Below, one piece after another: positions 39,480-52,035 of a stretch of DNA of 64,000 nucleotides; the first letter of the stretch is position 1; every line of letters starts with the position of its first letter. Origin of the DNA: Podarcis liolepis (taxonomy: Eukaryota); NCBI GenBank assembly GCA_965112155.1, contig OZ218098.1; one strand, 5' to 3'. The position numbers and the translations under genes were made by a program. The notes below the pieces were generated by a model. It was not told the origin of the DNA. It ran no database searches and saw only the letters and a list, made by a program, of their open reading frames with translations.

Positions 39480-40310
39480 CCAGCAAAGCAGTTTTTACTG
39501 GTTGGGTCTAGAGCATACTTAATGCTTCATTGTGTGATGAGATGGTCCCTGCTACCTTAAAAAACCCCTATGGGAAAAGGCCCTTTGACCTGGAATAAAT
39601 ATCAGCCAGTGGTATGTACCCTTTTCTTGGGGAAGGTGGTAGAAAAAGTTGTAGTGGGGCAGATGCAAGCATTATTTGATGACACAGATGATTTAGCTCC
39701 ATTTCAATCTGGGTTCAGGACTGTCCATGGAATTGAGTAGCCTTTGGTCACCCTAATGGATGACCTTTACAGAGAGTGGGACAAGGGTTGTGTGAGCTTT
39801 CTCCTGCTTATTGATCTTCAATACCATATTCCTGGGCTGGTTCCATGGAATAAGAATTGGTGGCACTGTGGCACAGTGCTTCCTGTTCTGCCTATGGGAC
39901 CAAGTGCAAAGAGTAGCATTGGGAAAGTGTTTTTTGGCCACCTGGCAATTATGCTGTGGGGGTGCTGCAGGACGCGAGTTTGCTCCCAGTGCTATTTAAT
40001 AGCCAAATGAAGCCACTGAGGGTGGCAATTAGAAGATGGCAGGCTAGATGCCATCATTACACTGATGGTACTCAGCTTTATTTCTCCTTAGCATCTGAAT
40101 CAACAGAGGCCACGTGGGCCTTGAGTCAGTGCCTGGGTACAGTGGTGGGATGGATGAGGGAAAATAAAATGAGTTTGAAGCCTGGCAAGAAGGATTCAAA
40201 CCCAGGGACACTGTGCATAAGTGGGTTCTGGTTTTGATAAATTGGTCAGTTGCCCACCTTGGATGGAGTTGCATTCCCCTTAAATGAGCAGGCAGGCAGT
40301 CTGGATCTAG
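39480..40310 (+). pseudogene. Decayed L2/CR1-group LINE reverse-transcriptase fragment
   Basis: Frameshifted translation PFLGKVVEKVV..PFQSGFR..HGIE*PLVTLMDDL..LLLIDL..GVLQDASLLPVLFNSQM..HHYTDGTQLY matches the RT motifs QSGFR, GVPQGS and YADD in degenerate form. Confidence 0.85.
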
Positions 40311-41179
40311 AAGTTCTGTTGCTGAAGGTGTAGCTGTCCTGTGCCGTACATAATCAAACTAATATCATCAATATCATCAAGCCCAAAGTAATCCCCCAAG
40401 GTGGAGATTACTATGTACCACTAATGTAGGCAGGTGTCAGAGGCCTGTGAGGAACTGGAAGCAGGTAGGCTTGGGGCCCTTTAGTTCTTTGCAAGAGGAA
40501 ATGAGATTATTCTTACCACGACATCTGCCTCTAACCAGGCAACACCTGTCCTCGCACCCCTGCATCCCCCTCTGATTTTTATACGTGACTGTTCAACCAT
40601 ATCCACTTTGTGTCTCAGGCTATTGCTCATGAGGAATCCTTTCATAGGGTCAAGGGAACCAGCTGACAGGAGCAACAGAATACTTGTCACTTGCTTCTTT
40701 GTTCACTCAGCCCTTCTTTCTCCTTTCCACTTCCATTAAAATTACTCCTTCAAATGGGGTTTTAGCAAAATGGGTGGGGGGCAGCAGCAGCAAATTTGTG
40801 GGATGTGTTGGTTTTATAATACTTTTTTATTTTGCACCAGAAGTGAAGTTTTAGCCCAACTTAAATATGGAGGCATAAGCTCTAGTTTTAATCAGTTTAT
40901 TATTGTAAATGTGACAGTCTCCATTCTAATCTCTTGAGTGACAGAAGACATATCTGTTTATTAAGCATGAAGTGATGTGGAGAAGCTGTTGAGGCTCTGG
41001 AGGTTGAAATTATATCAGACACAACCAGTTTTGGGAGTTTAATCCTCTTCCACACAAGTTGAAGGAAATAGCATATTTTATACTACTCCAAAATATAGAA
41101 TCTCTTCAGTATATTTATGTTTGCATTAGAAACATCAATCTGTCCAAATTTGGCTTTTGTCTCAATGACAACCTAGACC

Positions 41180-41482
41180 AAGGCTGTCCCTACCATTAGG
41201 CAGAATGAGTCACTTGCCTCAGGTGGCAGGTGCAGCAGTGGCAACAATCTTCCCCCATTATGCCTCCTGAGCTCCCTGGCTATTTGTTTTGGAGAGCAGA
41301 ACTGTATATGCTGTATATGTTGTGTATCTCCCAGACTAGGCTGCTGAGATCATGTGCAGAGGACAATTCTATCCCTTTGCCAATGTTAAAGTAAGAGTCA
41401 GCTGCCAGTTCAGCCATGGAATGGGGAGAGGACACCATCTTGTCCTTTGTCTCAGACAACAAAAAAATATTGAGCCAGCCTT
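41180..41482. mobile_element. Old hAT-like element remnant
   Basis: Ends CAAGGCTGTCC / GAGCCAGCCTT are roughly complementary, with subterminal TTGCCTCAGG-like motifs. No TSD confirmed. Confidence 0.35.
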
Positions 41483-44400
41483 TACTGGATCTGACACATT
41501 TATTTGTTTGCCTCTTTTAAAGTCTGTTTTGAGAAAATGCACATTTTAATGTGTACATTTAAAACTTGGTATGAGGCTTTTAAAGGATGTGGCACGCAAA
41601 CTAGTTTGTATTCTGCACTGTGACTGGTGTGAAAAGAAATGTTTGTCTTATCTTATTGTATGAATATTCCTGATTTTGAAGCAATTTAGTCTGTATCCAT
41701 GGCAGCCTCACTTAGTCATACAAACAGCAATTTTGAATTGTTCTGCAAATAGTCACATTTGCAGCCTTCCATATATACTTTTCTACTCCAGCTGATCAAT
41801 GCAGTATTAACAAAAATAATGGACGTGATTGAAAGTACCTTCCAGGATGGTAGTTTTCTGTGTCAAGGCCAATGATTCCCTAACTGCCTTCTTAGATGAC
41901 AGGTATGAGTGGGACACAGCCTTCCTTTTAAATGTTACTGGGAGTCTGTTATGAAAGAGCTGCTTAATGCTGGATGGCTGGGTGGTTTAATGGCTGAATT
42001 ATCCCTCCCCACTTCAGTGCCGGTAATGCCATGCCACGGCACCGTTCGTTTGCCAAGTAACGCTTGTTCACAGGCATCCCATTATCCTCCCTATTGTTTT
42101 CCCGCGTACATTTTTCTTTCCTTCACCCTCTGTTTCCATTTCGGACGCAGAATTACTCCCATTAGCAGAGGCAGTAATTCACTGAACATAAGATTTACTT
42201 ACAGTACAGCTGTGCTGCTTTGATGATACCATCTGCCTTGAGTGCGGACAAGCCAGCTCCCCGCAGCCAGTGCTCTGCAGGAGAAGGCTTCCTTAAGACA
42301 CCCAAACTTTCATGCATGCAGCAATGCACGCCTCATAAATCAGCCAGAGCAGAGAAGGGTAATAGTATGTATTTGGTAATCACTCCATGCTTGTATTTCC
42401 AATCTGTGGTGCTTGAATTTTGAATAGTTACATGCTGTAATTAGCAATTCTGCTCACCATTTTTATTTCCCTTTCCTTTTTAGATTAATGACCTAACTCA
42501 GCATTTTAAAGTACAGCCAACAAACTCTGGGCAGAGCTAGAGTAGCATAATGAATCTCTCTGTCTCTCTTTCAGCATACCATCCTAATAGCTGTGGCTCT
42601 TAATTCATGTTTCCTGTTTTTGTGTATTACAGCTTAATCAAAATGTAAGTGGAATAAATAATGTTGCCAGTTCTTACACTCGCTCTCACCAATTCCAGGC
42701 ATTTTTACTACACTGTCTTTGTAATTCTGATGTTGTAAAACAAGTATGTTGCTCTGGCAGTTCTCTTTATCTCAAAATCCAAATATTGCAGTTGTCTCCC
42801 CTGTTTTCTGGGCAAGGTCAAGCTGATGGCAGAGAATACCTGCTCATTAACTCTGCAGTTTCTTTCACTGATACTTCGAGGTGCACTCGGCAGTGCATGT
42901 TATTTTGTTTGCAGTAAGTGAGACTCCTGAGAATCAGTCTGCCAGGGCCTGAGTTCATAGGATTCATAAGGCAGATGTGAGTTCGGAAATGAGCAACTAC
43001 TGTAACAGTGAGGAACTTGTATTGCTTATGGCTATATCTCATAAGGAGCTACAAAATGATTCTCATCCACTACTGACTGGGTCATGACACAATTAATGTA
43101 CTGCTTTAGAGACTGTCTTGTAAATATATTTATAACAGCAGCCTTGAGATTAATTTTAATGTTTATACAGGAATAGCCTGTGCGTTTTGGACTGTGTTTG
43201 TCCAAATGCTAAGTGTCAGCCCTTATGGAATGCGCATTGGCTCTTGTTGGTGATGATAATATAGTGGCCCATTTATGCGCAGGCTTAGGCACACTGAACA
43301 ACTTTGTGGTCCTGCCTGTCAGACTGTTTATTTTTGCTTAAGGCACAAGTCATTGCTCTATGCTAAATTTACATAAACTTTCTGAAGCAAAAGGGAGCTG
43401 TTTGTGTAGCAGAGCGCCTGACAGGAGGCACTGAATAATGGAAATAAGCCATTGGGTGTATGGGTGTATCTGGCAAATCTGTAACACGTTTCAAATCAGA
43501 CTGTGCTTAGGCCTTGAGATGGAATTCTCTTAAAGGAGCATATGAATTAGGCTGCAGTCTTGTATCACCTTAACAGGGAAGAAGTCCCTTTGGACTCAGT
43601 GGGACTTCTTTTGAGTAGAAGTATGTAAGTTTGCACTGTCAGATACTCAAAATAAAACAAAAAAGTAAGGAATAAAACCAAGGCCAAATGAAAGTAGCAA
43701 ACAGAAAGTAGCAACAAGTGACACTGCAAGTAAATAAGTGATCACTGTCACTATGGAAAAGGAAATATCCATGTGAACCTCCATTTTGTGGGTGGAATTG
43801 TGTAAAATGAAAAGTTTGCAAGTTCCTGCTTCTATCGTCTTCTTGTCGTTGCTGCTGCTGTTTTCCATTTATAGACTTCTTACTACCAGTAGATATTGAA
43901 GCTGTTTGCAGTAGATAAAAATAAATATATTATGTGTGCACGCAATAAGTACCACAAAATAATATAAAACAATTTACATTAAAAATGCATAAACAGTATC
44001 CATATCTATAATAACAGTATCAATATAAAGTCAAAGAGCATTACAAAAGCGGCAACATAAAACACACTATTCATATAACCATTCAGCCAGCCTCACTCTC
44101 GCCATCCATTCCCACAACCACTACAGTCATTCACCACCTCATGTGTTATCTCTGTCAATCAACCACTCACATGCAAACCACACATGCTCAGTAATACTGC
44201 AACCCACATGCAAAGGATAGCTGTCAAGCACACACATACAAGATACTCTTCTAATCTCTGAACCAGTGACGGAATCATGCCCCATACTCCCCGGACCATC
44301 TCATCTTCCCCTCCCATCTCTTGCCCAAGAGGGGCTCTGTTCTATACCACAGCAGGCTCTCACCCTGCTTCCATCCACTGACTCCCAACTACATAATCAG

Positions 44401-44706
44401 ACCATGCAGGGAATGGCCTATTTTGAACACTTGTTTCATTTGCATGTATCACATGTGTTTCTCACTCTTCCTTGAAGGAACTGGAGCAGTCACAGTCCTG
44501 TAACATACATTAGGTTGAATAAGTGGCTGGTCCAAGGTCATTCATAGCACAACTCTATGTTTACTTGGAAGTAAGCCTTCCTGTGTGCAGTGTAGCTTAC
44601 ACTATCCCTAGTAAATTGGTTCAGATTGTAGCCCAGTGAACTTAATGGTTGCTTGTGCACCTGGGCCTTGCGTTCCCTGCTCCCGATCTAGCACCAAAGC
44701 CCCGAT

Positions 44707-44901
44707 GAAGGGCTTTAGCTCAATTGTTGAACACCTACTTTGCAAACAGAATGTCCTCGTGTCAGTCCCCAGTATCTTCAGTTATGGCCAGAAAAGGCCC
44801 CCATCTACAACTCTGGAGAGCTGCTGCCAGTCAGTGCAGACAGCATTGAGCTCAATGGACCAATGGTCTGACTTGGTACAAAGCAGCTTCCTATGTTTCT
44901 A
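44707..44901 (+). mobile_element. tRNA-derived squamate SINE (Squam3-like)
   Basis: A-box-like TAGCTCAATTG, degenerate B-box, body CTGGAGAGCTGCTGCCAGTCAGTG..ATGGACCAATGGTCTGAC, tail GCAGCTTCCTATGTTTCTA. Confidence 0.75.
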
Positions 44902-44961
44902 CATACCAGCGTTCTGAAAAGGTGGTAGTAGTTAGGTGATGTGCCTTGTTTTATTTCAGTA

Positions 44962-45203
44962 CAGTGGTACCTCGGGTTACATACGCTTCAGGTTACATAC
45001 GCTTCAGGTTACAGACTCCGCTAACCCAGAAATATTACCTTGGGTTAAGAATTTTGCTTCAAGATGAGAACAGAAATTGGGCTCCAGCGGCGCGGCGGCA
45101 GCAGCAGGCCCCATTAGCTAAAGTGGTGCTTCAGGTTAAGAACAGTTTCAGGTTAAGAACGGACCTCTGGAACGAATTAAGTACTTAATCCGAGGTACCA
45201 CTA
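44962..45203 (+). mobile_element. Tc1/mariner-type MITE, family A copy 2
   Basis: TA-CAGTGGTACCTCGGGTTA ... TAATCCGAGGTACCACTA-TA, with the terminal G mutated. 242 bp. Confidence 0.93.
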
Positions 45204-45606
45204 TATTAAGTTTTCACATGTTTAGCCAAGAGAATAACTCCATATGTCCTCCTGTGGAAGCGAATCAGAACTGGTCCTGCCCGCCCCCCTCATAATAGAC
45301 TAGTGCTGATATTTTGGGGAACAGGTTTAGTCTTGATAAAACCAGGACTTTATACGTTTTTTGGGTTTCATGTGTGGTAAGCTTAAGAATCTGCCCTGGA
45401 TACCAGAAAATGTTCATTTCACAAAGAAAAAACGGTGAAGCTCAGAACTGCCCCCTTCAAATAGGTAAAACATGAATCCTTCTCTCCCAACACCAGCAGA
45501 CAAAGCAGGCAACGCTGGCAGCCAAACAACAGCAAAAGTTTTTAAAAACTCAAATTAAAGAAAAATAACAATTGGGAAGGCAAGAGAACCTTGGTGGACA
45601 GCAAGG

Positions 45607-45610
<4 letters not shown>

Positions 45611-45648
<38 letters not shown>
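45611..45648. repeat. (TG)19 microsatellite
   Basis: Read directly from the sequence. Confidence 0.95.
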
Positions 45649-45650
<2 letters not shown>

Positions 45651-45812
45651 GGTATGTGTGTGTGTGTTGGTGTATCAGAGGATACCATGTTTGGGACACC
45701 TGATTTAGGTCTTTGTTGTAAAGCAAAGCTAATAGCCCATTCCCCAACATAGATGGAAATAGTTGCACATCAGCGTATTTCATCTTCCATTTGTTTATCT
45801 TTTCTCCATAAA

Positions 45813-46012
45813 CAGTGGTATCTCAGGTTACAAACTTCACTAGCCCAGAAGTAGTACCTCAGGTTATAAACTTTGCCCCAAGAAGAGAACGGAAATCGCG
45901 CATGGCGGCAGTGGGAGGCCCCATTAGCGAAGGCACACCTCAGGTTAAGAATGGTTTCGGGTTAAGAACGGACCTCTGGAATGAATTAAGTTCATGACCC
46001 GAGGTACCACTG
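45813..46012 (+). mobile_element. Tc1/mariner-type MITE, shorter diverged relative of family A
   Basis: CAGTGGTATCTCAGGTTA ... GACCCGAGGTACCACTG-TA. Shares GGCCCCATTAGC and GGTTAAGAACGGACCTCTGGAA with family A. Confidence 0.85.
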
Positions 46013-46129
46013 TATACTGTCTGTTGAATCAGCTCAGAGGTGTCAAACATTTGTAGCTTAGGTCATCTGGAGCACATTCAGTGGTGAATTCTCTTGCACC
46101 GTCAGGCAGCTCAGTTTCTTCTTGATATA

Positions 46130-46626
46130 CCGTATTTTTCGCTCTATAGGACACACTTTTTCCCCTCCAAAAATTGAGGGGAAATGTGTGTATGTCTATG
46201 GAGCGAATGCAGGCTCCTTGGCTTCAGCGATAGCAACGCTAAGCCTCCGAAGCGCAGAGGGAGCACTCCCTTCGCGCTCCAGAGGCTTCGTGTTGCTTTC
46301 GCTGAAGCCTGGAGAGTGAGAGGCGTCGGTGCACACCGACCCCTCTCGCTCTCCAGGCTTCAGGGATAGCCGCGCACAGCCCCTCCGGCAGGGAGAGGCT
46401 GCATGGGGCTAAAGAGGAAGCCAAAACAGCGAGCGGGATCCATCCCACTCGCTGCCTTGGCTTGTGCCATTGCCTCACGCAAACCCTCCGGAAGGGAGAG
46501 GTTGCGCAGCCTGTACGCTGCTCTTTGGGGCTGGGGGAGGGGGAAATAAGATTTTTTTTCTTGACCTCCCCCCAAAAACTAGGTGCGCCCTATGGTCCGG
46601 TGTGCCCTATGGAGTGAAAAATACGG
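46130..46626. mobile_element. pogo/Tigger-type MITE (497 bp)
   Basis: TIRs CCGTATTTTTCGCTCTATAGG / CCTATGGAGTGAAAAATACGG. TA at 46128-46129 and 46627-46628. Confidence 0.92.
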
Positions 46627-49600
46627 TACTTTGCTGAAACCCAGACAGTTGTACCACAGGTTATGATCTTGCCACCTTGCTCAGTAATACTTTACTATCT
46701 TAATCCCAACAAATGCATAACTAAGCGTGGCATTTATACTACAAGGATGCAGAAGAGAAAGCTCTGTGAAGAAACAAACTGGCTTGGCACAGCTGGATGT
46801 GGTAGCAGGTGAATGCCAGAGGTCTAGTCATATGCAGCAGGCCTGTAGAACTTGCTAATATCACAGCATTGGGGAAAGAACCTGAATGTAGTTTTATTTA
46901 AATGGCTAAGTAAATATTAATTTAAATAGACACCTCAGAGTTATTAACCAGAATATTTGGTTTAAAAAATAAATAAATAAATAGATCTGTACAGATCTGT
47001 CCTAGGTGCCTGTTAAGAAAATTAGAAGTCTAGGCTAAAGCAAATAATATTTTTTGCTGGGGAATAGATAATTTTTAATTGCTTTGATGCTTGCTTTGTG
47101 TTATTGCTTGAGGTTCATAAATATTCCTCACCAAGTAGTAGAAAATTTTTATGCAGCCTTTGTAAGCCTAAGATCAAAATGTAAATATATTGACAGGAAC
47201 GGCCTCTGGATGAAATTGCTGAAAGCAGATATTGATCAAAGGATGTCGTATCTTTAGAGAGTCCTTCCCTGTCACTGTGAGGCAAGTATTGGAATGAGGC
47301 TGCAAGGGCAGTTATTATACTTCACAATTACTGGGGATCCAAGAGGTGCTTGTTGTCCCTTTCCAAAATTTCATAAGAATTCTCTGGTTCTTGATTTTAA
47401 TGGGAACCCATATTTTATCGGTACTCCATTTTATTATATGCCACTTCTTTGTTGCTATGCTATTATTATTATATTTTAATTTATGAATCACCTGCTCTGA
47501 AGCATAAAACATATATAAAACAACTGGATATATAAAAACAATTTTATAAAAACAGTTAAAGGAGTTACATGTATAAAAATAATTCAGCATCAGGGTAAGA
47601 AAGTTGAACTGTTTATTAGAGTTGCACATCCTTGATTCAGATCTTGAATAGTGATGCTTGTGAAATTTGCAGCCATCGTTGTGCTTTGATTCAAATAGCG
47701 TACATGTGCATGGGTACTCTAAAGGAAGAAGGATACAGACTGGAAACTATAACAAACTGCACAGAAAAGAGATGGAACAGAATACATATATGTATTTGAG
47801 GACCCACTCCTTTCTTCTGATTGTAATATGCTTTGAGGGTTTTTTTAAATAATCAAGTGGTGTATCAATTTTATGAAATTTAAAAAATACATAAATTGCT
47901 TAAATTAATTTTAATATTGTATTTTTATTTTGTGGTAGCCCCGCCCCCAAAGGAAACCTTATGGTAAAGGACCATCATGATCTGGTGCCCTCCATAAGTC
48001 GTTTGACTCTAGCTCCCATCAGATCCAGCCAGCATGACCAATGGTGAAGGATGATGCTAGTGATGGGAGTTGTAGTCTAGTATATATTCTAGTATAAATT
48101 CCCCATCCCTGATCTAAACCAGAGAATTAAACTTCTGTGTTATTCTCTTCTTTTGCATTTTCTTAATTAACATACACTGTAGATGGAAAGCATAGGTACA
48201 AGGTTGATTACATTTTTGCAACATTGCCTTGCTGTCTTTCATGTAGTGACTTGTGTGCTGGCAGAAGTTCCTGTTCTAATATGGAGATGGTGTTGGATGC
48301 ATAGTTCCACCAAGGCTCCTCACACCAGTTCATGCTTCTTTCACTCTCACTCTGCAGCCCCCAGGCTTCGTGGGGTGCCCAAGAAACTGAAGTAGGAGGA
48401 AAAGATTGGGAAAGCTCCCTTGTACATGCTGACATATTTGCATCTGACTTCACAGACCTTCATTCCCTGCCTTCCTGCCATGTCGTTTTGTTTGTCGGTG
48501 ACCGTTGCACTGGCCAGGTCTTTGCACTTTCATGCTGAAACGGAACTCTGTGTGTGGGAACATAATCACACTGGCACACATCCCCTCTTCTATCTTTTCC
48601 TAGTCAAAATATTTTATGAAACCACAAACATTGCAATTAAATTGAATTGTATAGATTTGGTAATTTTATAGAAAGGCATTTAGAATGTGAGTTTATAATT
48701 TGAGCTTCCCTCCTGCAAATTGTTTTGGCACAGGGGACATTCTGGCGCCCGGGATGCTGATTCTTATCTATTCCTTACTAAAAACCCTGTCACTGGTTCA
48801 GTGGGATGGAACCTAATTTAAGTAACATCAGGAGAAAAAATAGCTGTGCTGGGTATATTTAATGGCACATTTGTGTGAAGAGCGAGGAGTGAGAATAAAA
48901 TTCCCCAGGGCTACAGTCTTGTGCACACTTTCCTGGGAGTAATTCTCACTGAACTCAGTGGAACTTACTGCTGAGTAGACTGTGCTGTTAGTAACATAAA
49001 TGCAAGCAACAAAATATTGTCCCACAAAAGGAAATGTCGACTGTAAGCAGCAAATGGGTAATTAAAAAATTTTGTTACATGCTTCCCATTTCCTCAAGCA
49101 GTGAGAAGTTCCCAGGGTTGCACTATGTTTCCTTTGCATGTGAGAGTACTGAAGAGTACATCAACTTTGTGATAGTTTCTTTATTTGCAAATAGATAATC
49201 AAGACATAAATTAAGGCAAAGAGGCAAGGCAGCAGATCTGTGGCCCCAGATCAGATCTCCAGGAAAGAGCCTGCACACCAAGTTGCTTCACCTGCAGGAA
49301 ACTTCACTTTTTCTGTCCTTCTATCCTGTCTCCAGATTCAGAACATTCTGCAACCACACATCTTAGACGTCTCCCTGCAGGTGAATTGCCCATTTAGGGG
49401 AATATCCATAACTATTCTTTTCAGGAATTACTAACATAGTTTTGTCAAATCTCTAAGGAAGAAATATTTTCAGCAGAAACGGCAGTAATAGGCTAGCTCA
49501 CTGTGATGGGACAGAGCATGTTACAATTCATGCTTTGAACAGAGAATGACCCCAAATGTACTGATAAGGCTTTTTAAAGGTTTTTGTTTTTTTAACTCAC

Positions 49601-51560
49601 ACAGTTGCATTCTGAACAGTGTCGGTGGTGGCTATTTGCAGATAAACGACTGAGGAATAGATATAACCAGTTCTATTTTGATTCATTGTGTAGCTGCTTA
49701 AACAAGCAAGGACATAGATACATCTTAAAGCAATTTTAAAATTGTTGGCTACCAGTGCACTCAGTGTTTCAGCCAACCTCTGCATTGAGTGGTAGAAATT
49801 AAAGGGTAAACATGTATTTATCAATAGCAGCATTTTATTTTTGAACTTCAGGAAACCCTGTTGAAAAATTCCCAATGTGAATTAGTTATGGGACTTGATG
49901 GGTGATATGCATTGATTCCTAGCAATGCAGAGACAAATTTCCTTTTGTGCCTGCAAAAGGGAGCTGAGGTAGCAGGAGAGGGGGAAATAGCATGACTGCA
50001 TAAATTATAAACATTCATGATAAAGTGGGCAGGAAGTCTGACTGCTGTTGGAGTGCTATCCAAAATAGATTAGTAAGTGGAAATATTCCATTGAAAATGG
50101 ACCTCAGCGAAGTGTTTGAGAAGACAGGTGGGAGACATAGGTTGGGTTCAGGCATGTTGGGGGGCTTGTATTTTTCCAGTTTCGTTATAAGAGTATCAGA
50201 TGGAGTTGTACCTTATATAGCAGGTGACATAATGGCAGTGAGCCACTGTGGCCAGCAGGTACAACGTTAGAATTGGCTCTGGAAGGTCTGCTTCCAAAAA
50301 TGCCATGTCCTAGACTTTCTGGGATCTTGACTTTCTGGGATGCAACCCTTGTCTATTCAAAAGTCAATCCAAACTGAGTTAAATGGGATTTACTCCCAGG
50401 TAAGGGAATGCAGCTTCAGTTACCCACCTGTAAAACTGGCACAATAATTATCTGCATCCTCGAACTTAGAGAACAAATAGCATTATCCCTGAAAACAGGC
50501 AGAAGTGGCTTGCAGAAAGGGGCCACTACACTAGGATCCTCCATTGCTACATTTTGCACAGCGTTTGCATGGAATTCTTGTTTGCAAGAATTCTGAATTC
50601 TGCAAGGCCTGGGTTAATTTTGATGGAAATTATGTTGTGTCTGTAAAAAACAAAACCCTAGAGAAATGCTTAATAAGGATTAATAATTATTTCCTTGAAG
50701 CAGAGAATGTCTGCTAACTGATGACATCAGTCTCCTTTCAAATGTCTTGATGGTTCCAGATGCTTAGAAATGCCACAGTATTTTTAGCTTCAGCTGTCAC
50801 AGGAGGAATAAATCCCTTGCCCTTTGGAATCTCTGGTCTAGTTCTAAGGGAACTGTAGTTCAGCTGTTCACTTGGGGCTGACTGTTCTCAGCTAATCCTA
50901 GTTACCTTTTTATGGTGCAATAGGAAAAATGTCTGTTGAGAATGGAATCTGTTCCCAGTTGAATAAATGTAGCCTCTAGATAATTCCAGTAGTATTCAAT
51001 AGCTAAAATCAGACTACTTTTATTATAGAGGGATACAAGCTACAACTTTTAAACTAATGTAGCCAATGTGGTTTCAGTGGGAGAAAATAGTCTATATCAC
51101 AATTTAATTTAAAAAATTGACAGTTCATTAAAAAAAAATCTTCCATCAAATGAAATGGATTTTCTAGGCAGCACTGTACGGCAGTGTAAAGATAAAAGCC
51201 CAGTATTGGTTTATAGTGTATGTTTCCATGACAGGAATTAAACTAAATAGATCAAAAAGTTGTCCTTTTCTACAGCAACAGGTGTTTTCTGTGGTTATGA
51301 ATTGAGAAACTTCAGCCGTTTTGTGTAACTTGCATGCTTCTATGTCAACGGAAGTTGGGCAGTTGTATCTCATCCACAACTGCCTACACATCAAGCTATT
51401 CAGTTGTGTTTGTGAATGTGTGAGAGAGGACTCTATTTGTATAGTAGAAATGAGAATAATATAGGAGACAGGATTGTTTGTCTGCATTGATATGGAAATA
51501 TCCTTTATCAGTTTCCCTGATCGTTAGTATATAGAGGTTTGTATACCTGTGCAGTGTATA

Positions 51561-51576
51561 CACACAAACACACACA

Positions 51577-51625
<49 letters not shown>

Positions 51626-51642
51626 GGGGGGGAGAGAGAGAG
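51561..51642. repeat. Compound (CA)n(GA)n microsatellite
   Basis: Read directly from the sequence. Confidence 0.95.
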
Positions 51643-51665
51643 CCTCACCATATTCACATCCAAGA

Positions 51666-52035
51666 CAGTGGTTCCCAAACTCCCCCATCCCATGGAGCAC
51701 TTGAAAACTGCTGAGGGTCGTGGCAGACCATGTAGTGATTTTTCTGCCTGTTGCAGCAATTTTAATGTACAGTGGTACCTCGGGTTAAGTACTTAATTCA
51801 TTCCGGAGGTCTGTTCTTAACCTGAAACTGTTCTTAACCTGAAGCACCACTTTAGCTAATGGGGCCTCCTGCTGCCGCCGCGCCGCCGGAGCACGATTTC
51901 TGTTCTCATCCTGAAGCAAAGTTCTTAATCTGAAGCACTATTTCTGGGTTAGTGGAGTCTGTAACCTGAAGCGTATGTAACCCGAGGTACCACTGTACTG
52001 TGCAATATACTGTATTATTTTTAATTGAATTAAGG
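51666..52035. mobile_element. Older hAT (Charlie-like) element interrupted by a family A MITE
   Basis: Starts CAGTGGTTCCCAAACT. The right end is not resolved. Confidence 0.45.
51770..51995 (-). mobile_element. Tc1/mariner-type MITE, family A copy 3 (inverted)
   Basis: TA-CAGTGGTACCTCGGGTTA ... TAACCCGAGGTACCACTG-TA. Reverse complement of the 44962 copy minus one 16-bp unit. Confidence 0.93.

Noticed and set aside
22708-45188. Similar peptides (RVTYASGYI..QTPLTQK, APLAKVVLQVKNSFRLRTDLWNE) suggesting duplicated genes
   Set aside because: They are translations of copies of the same non-coding MITE.
50313-50341. 13-bp direct repeat GACTTTCTGGGAT
   Set aside because: A trivial slippage duplication with no element between the copies.
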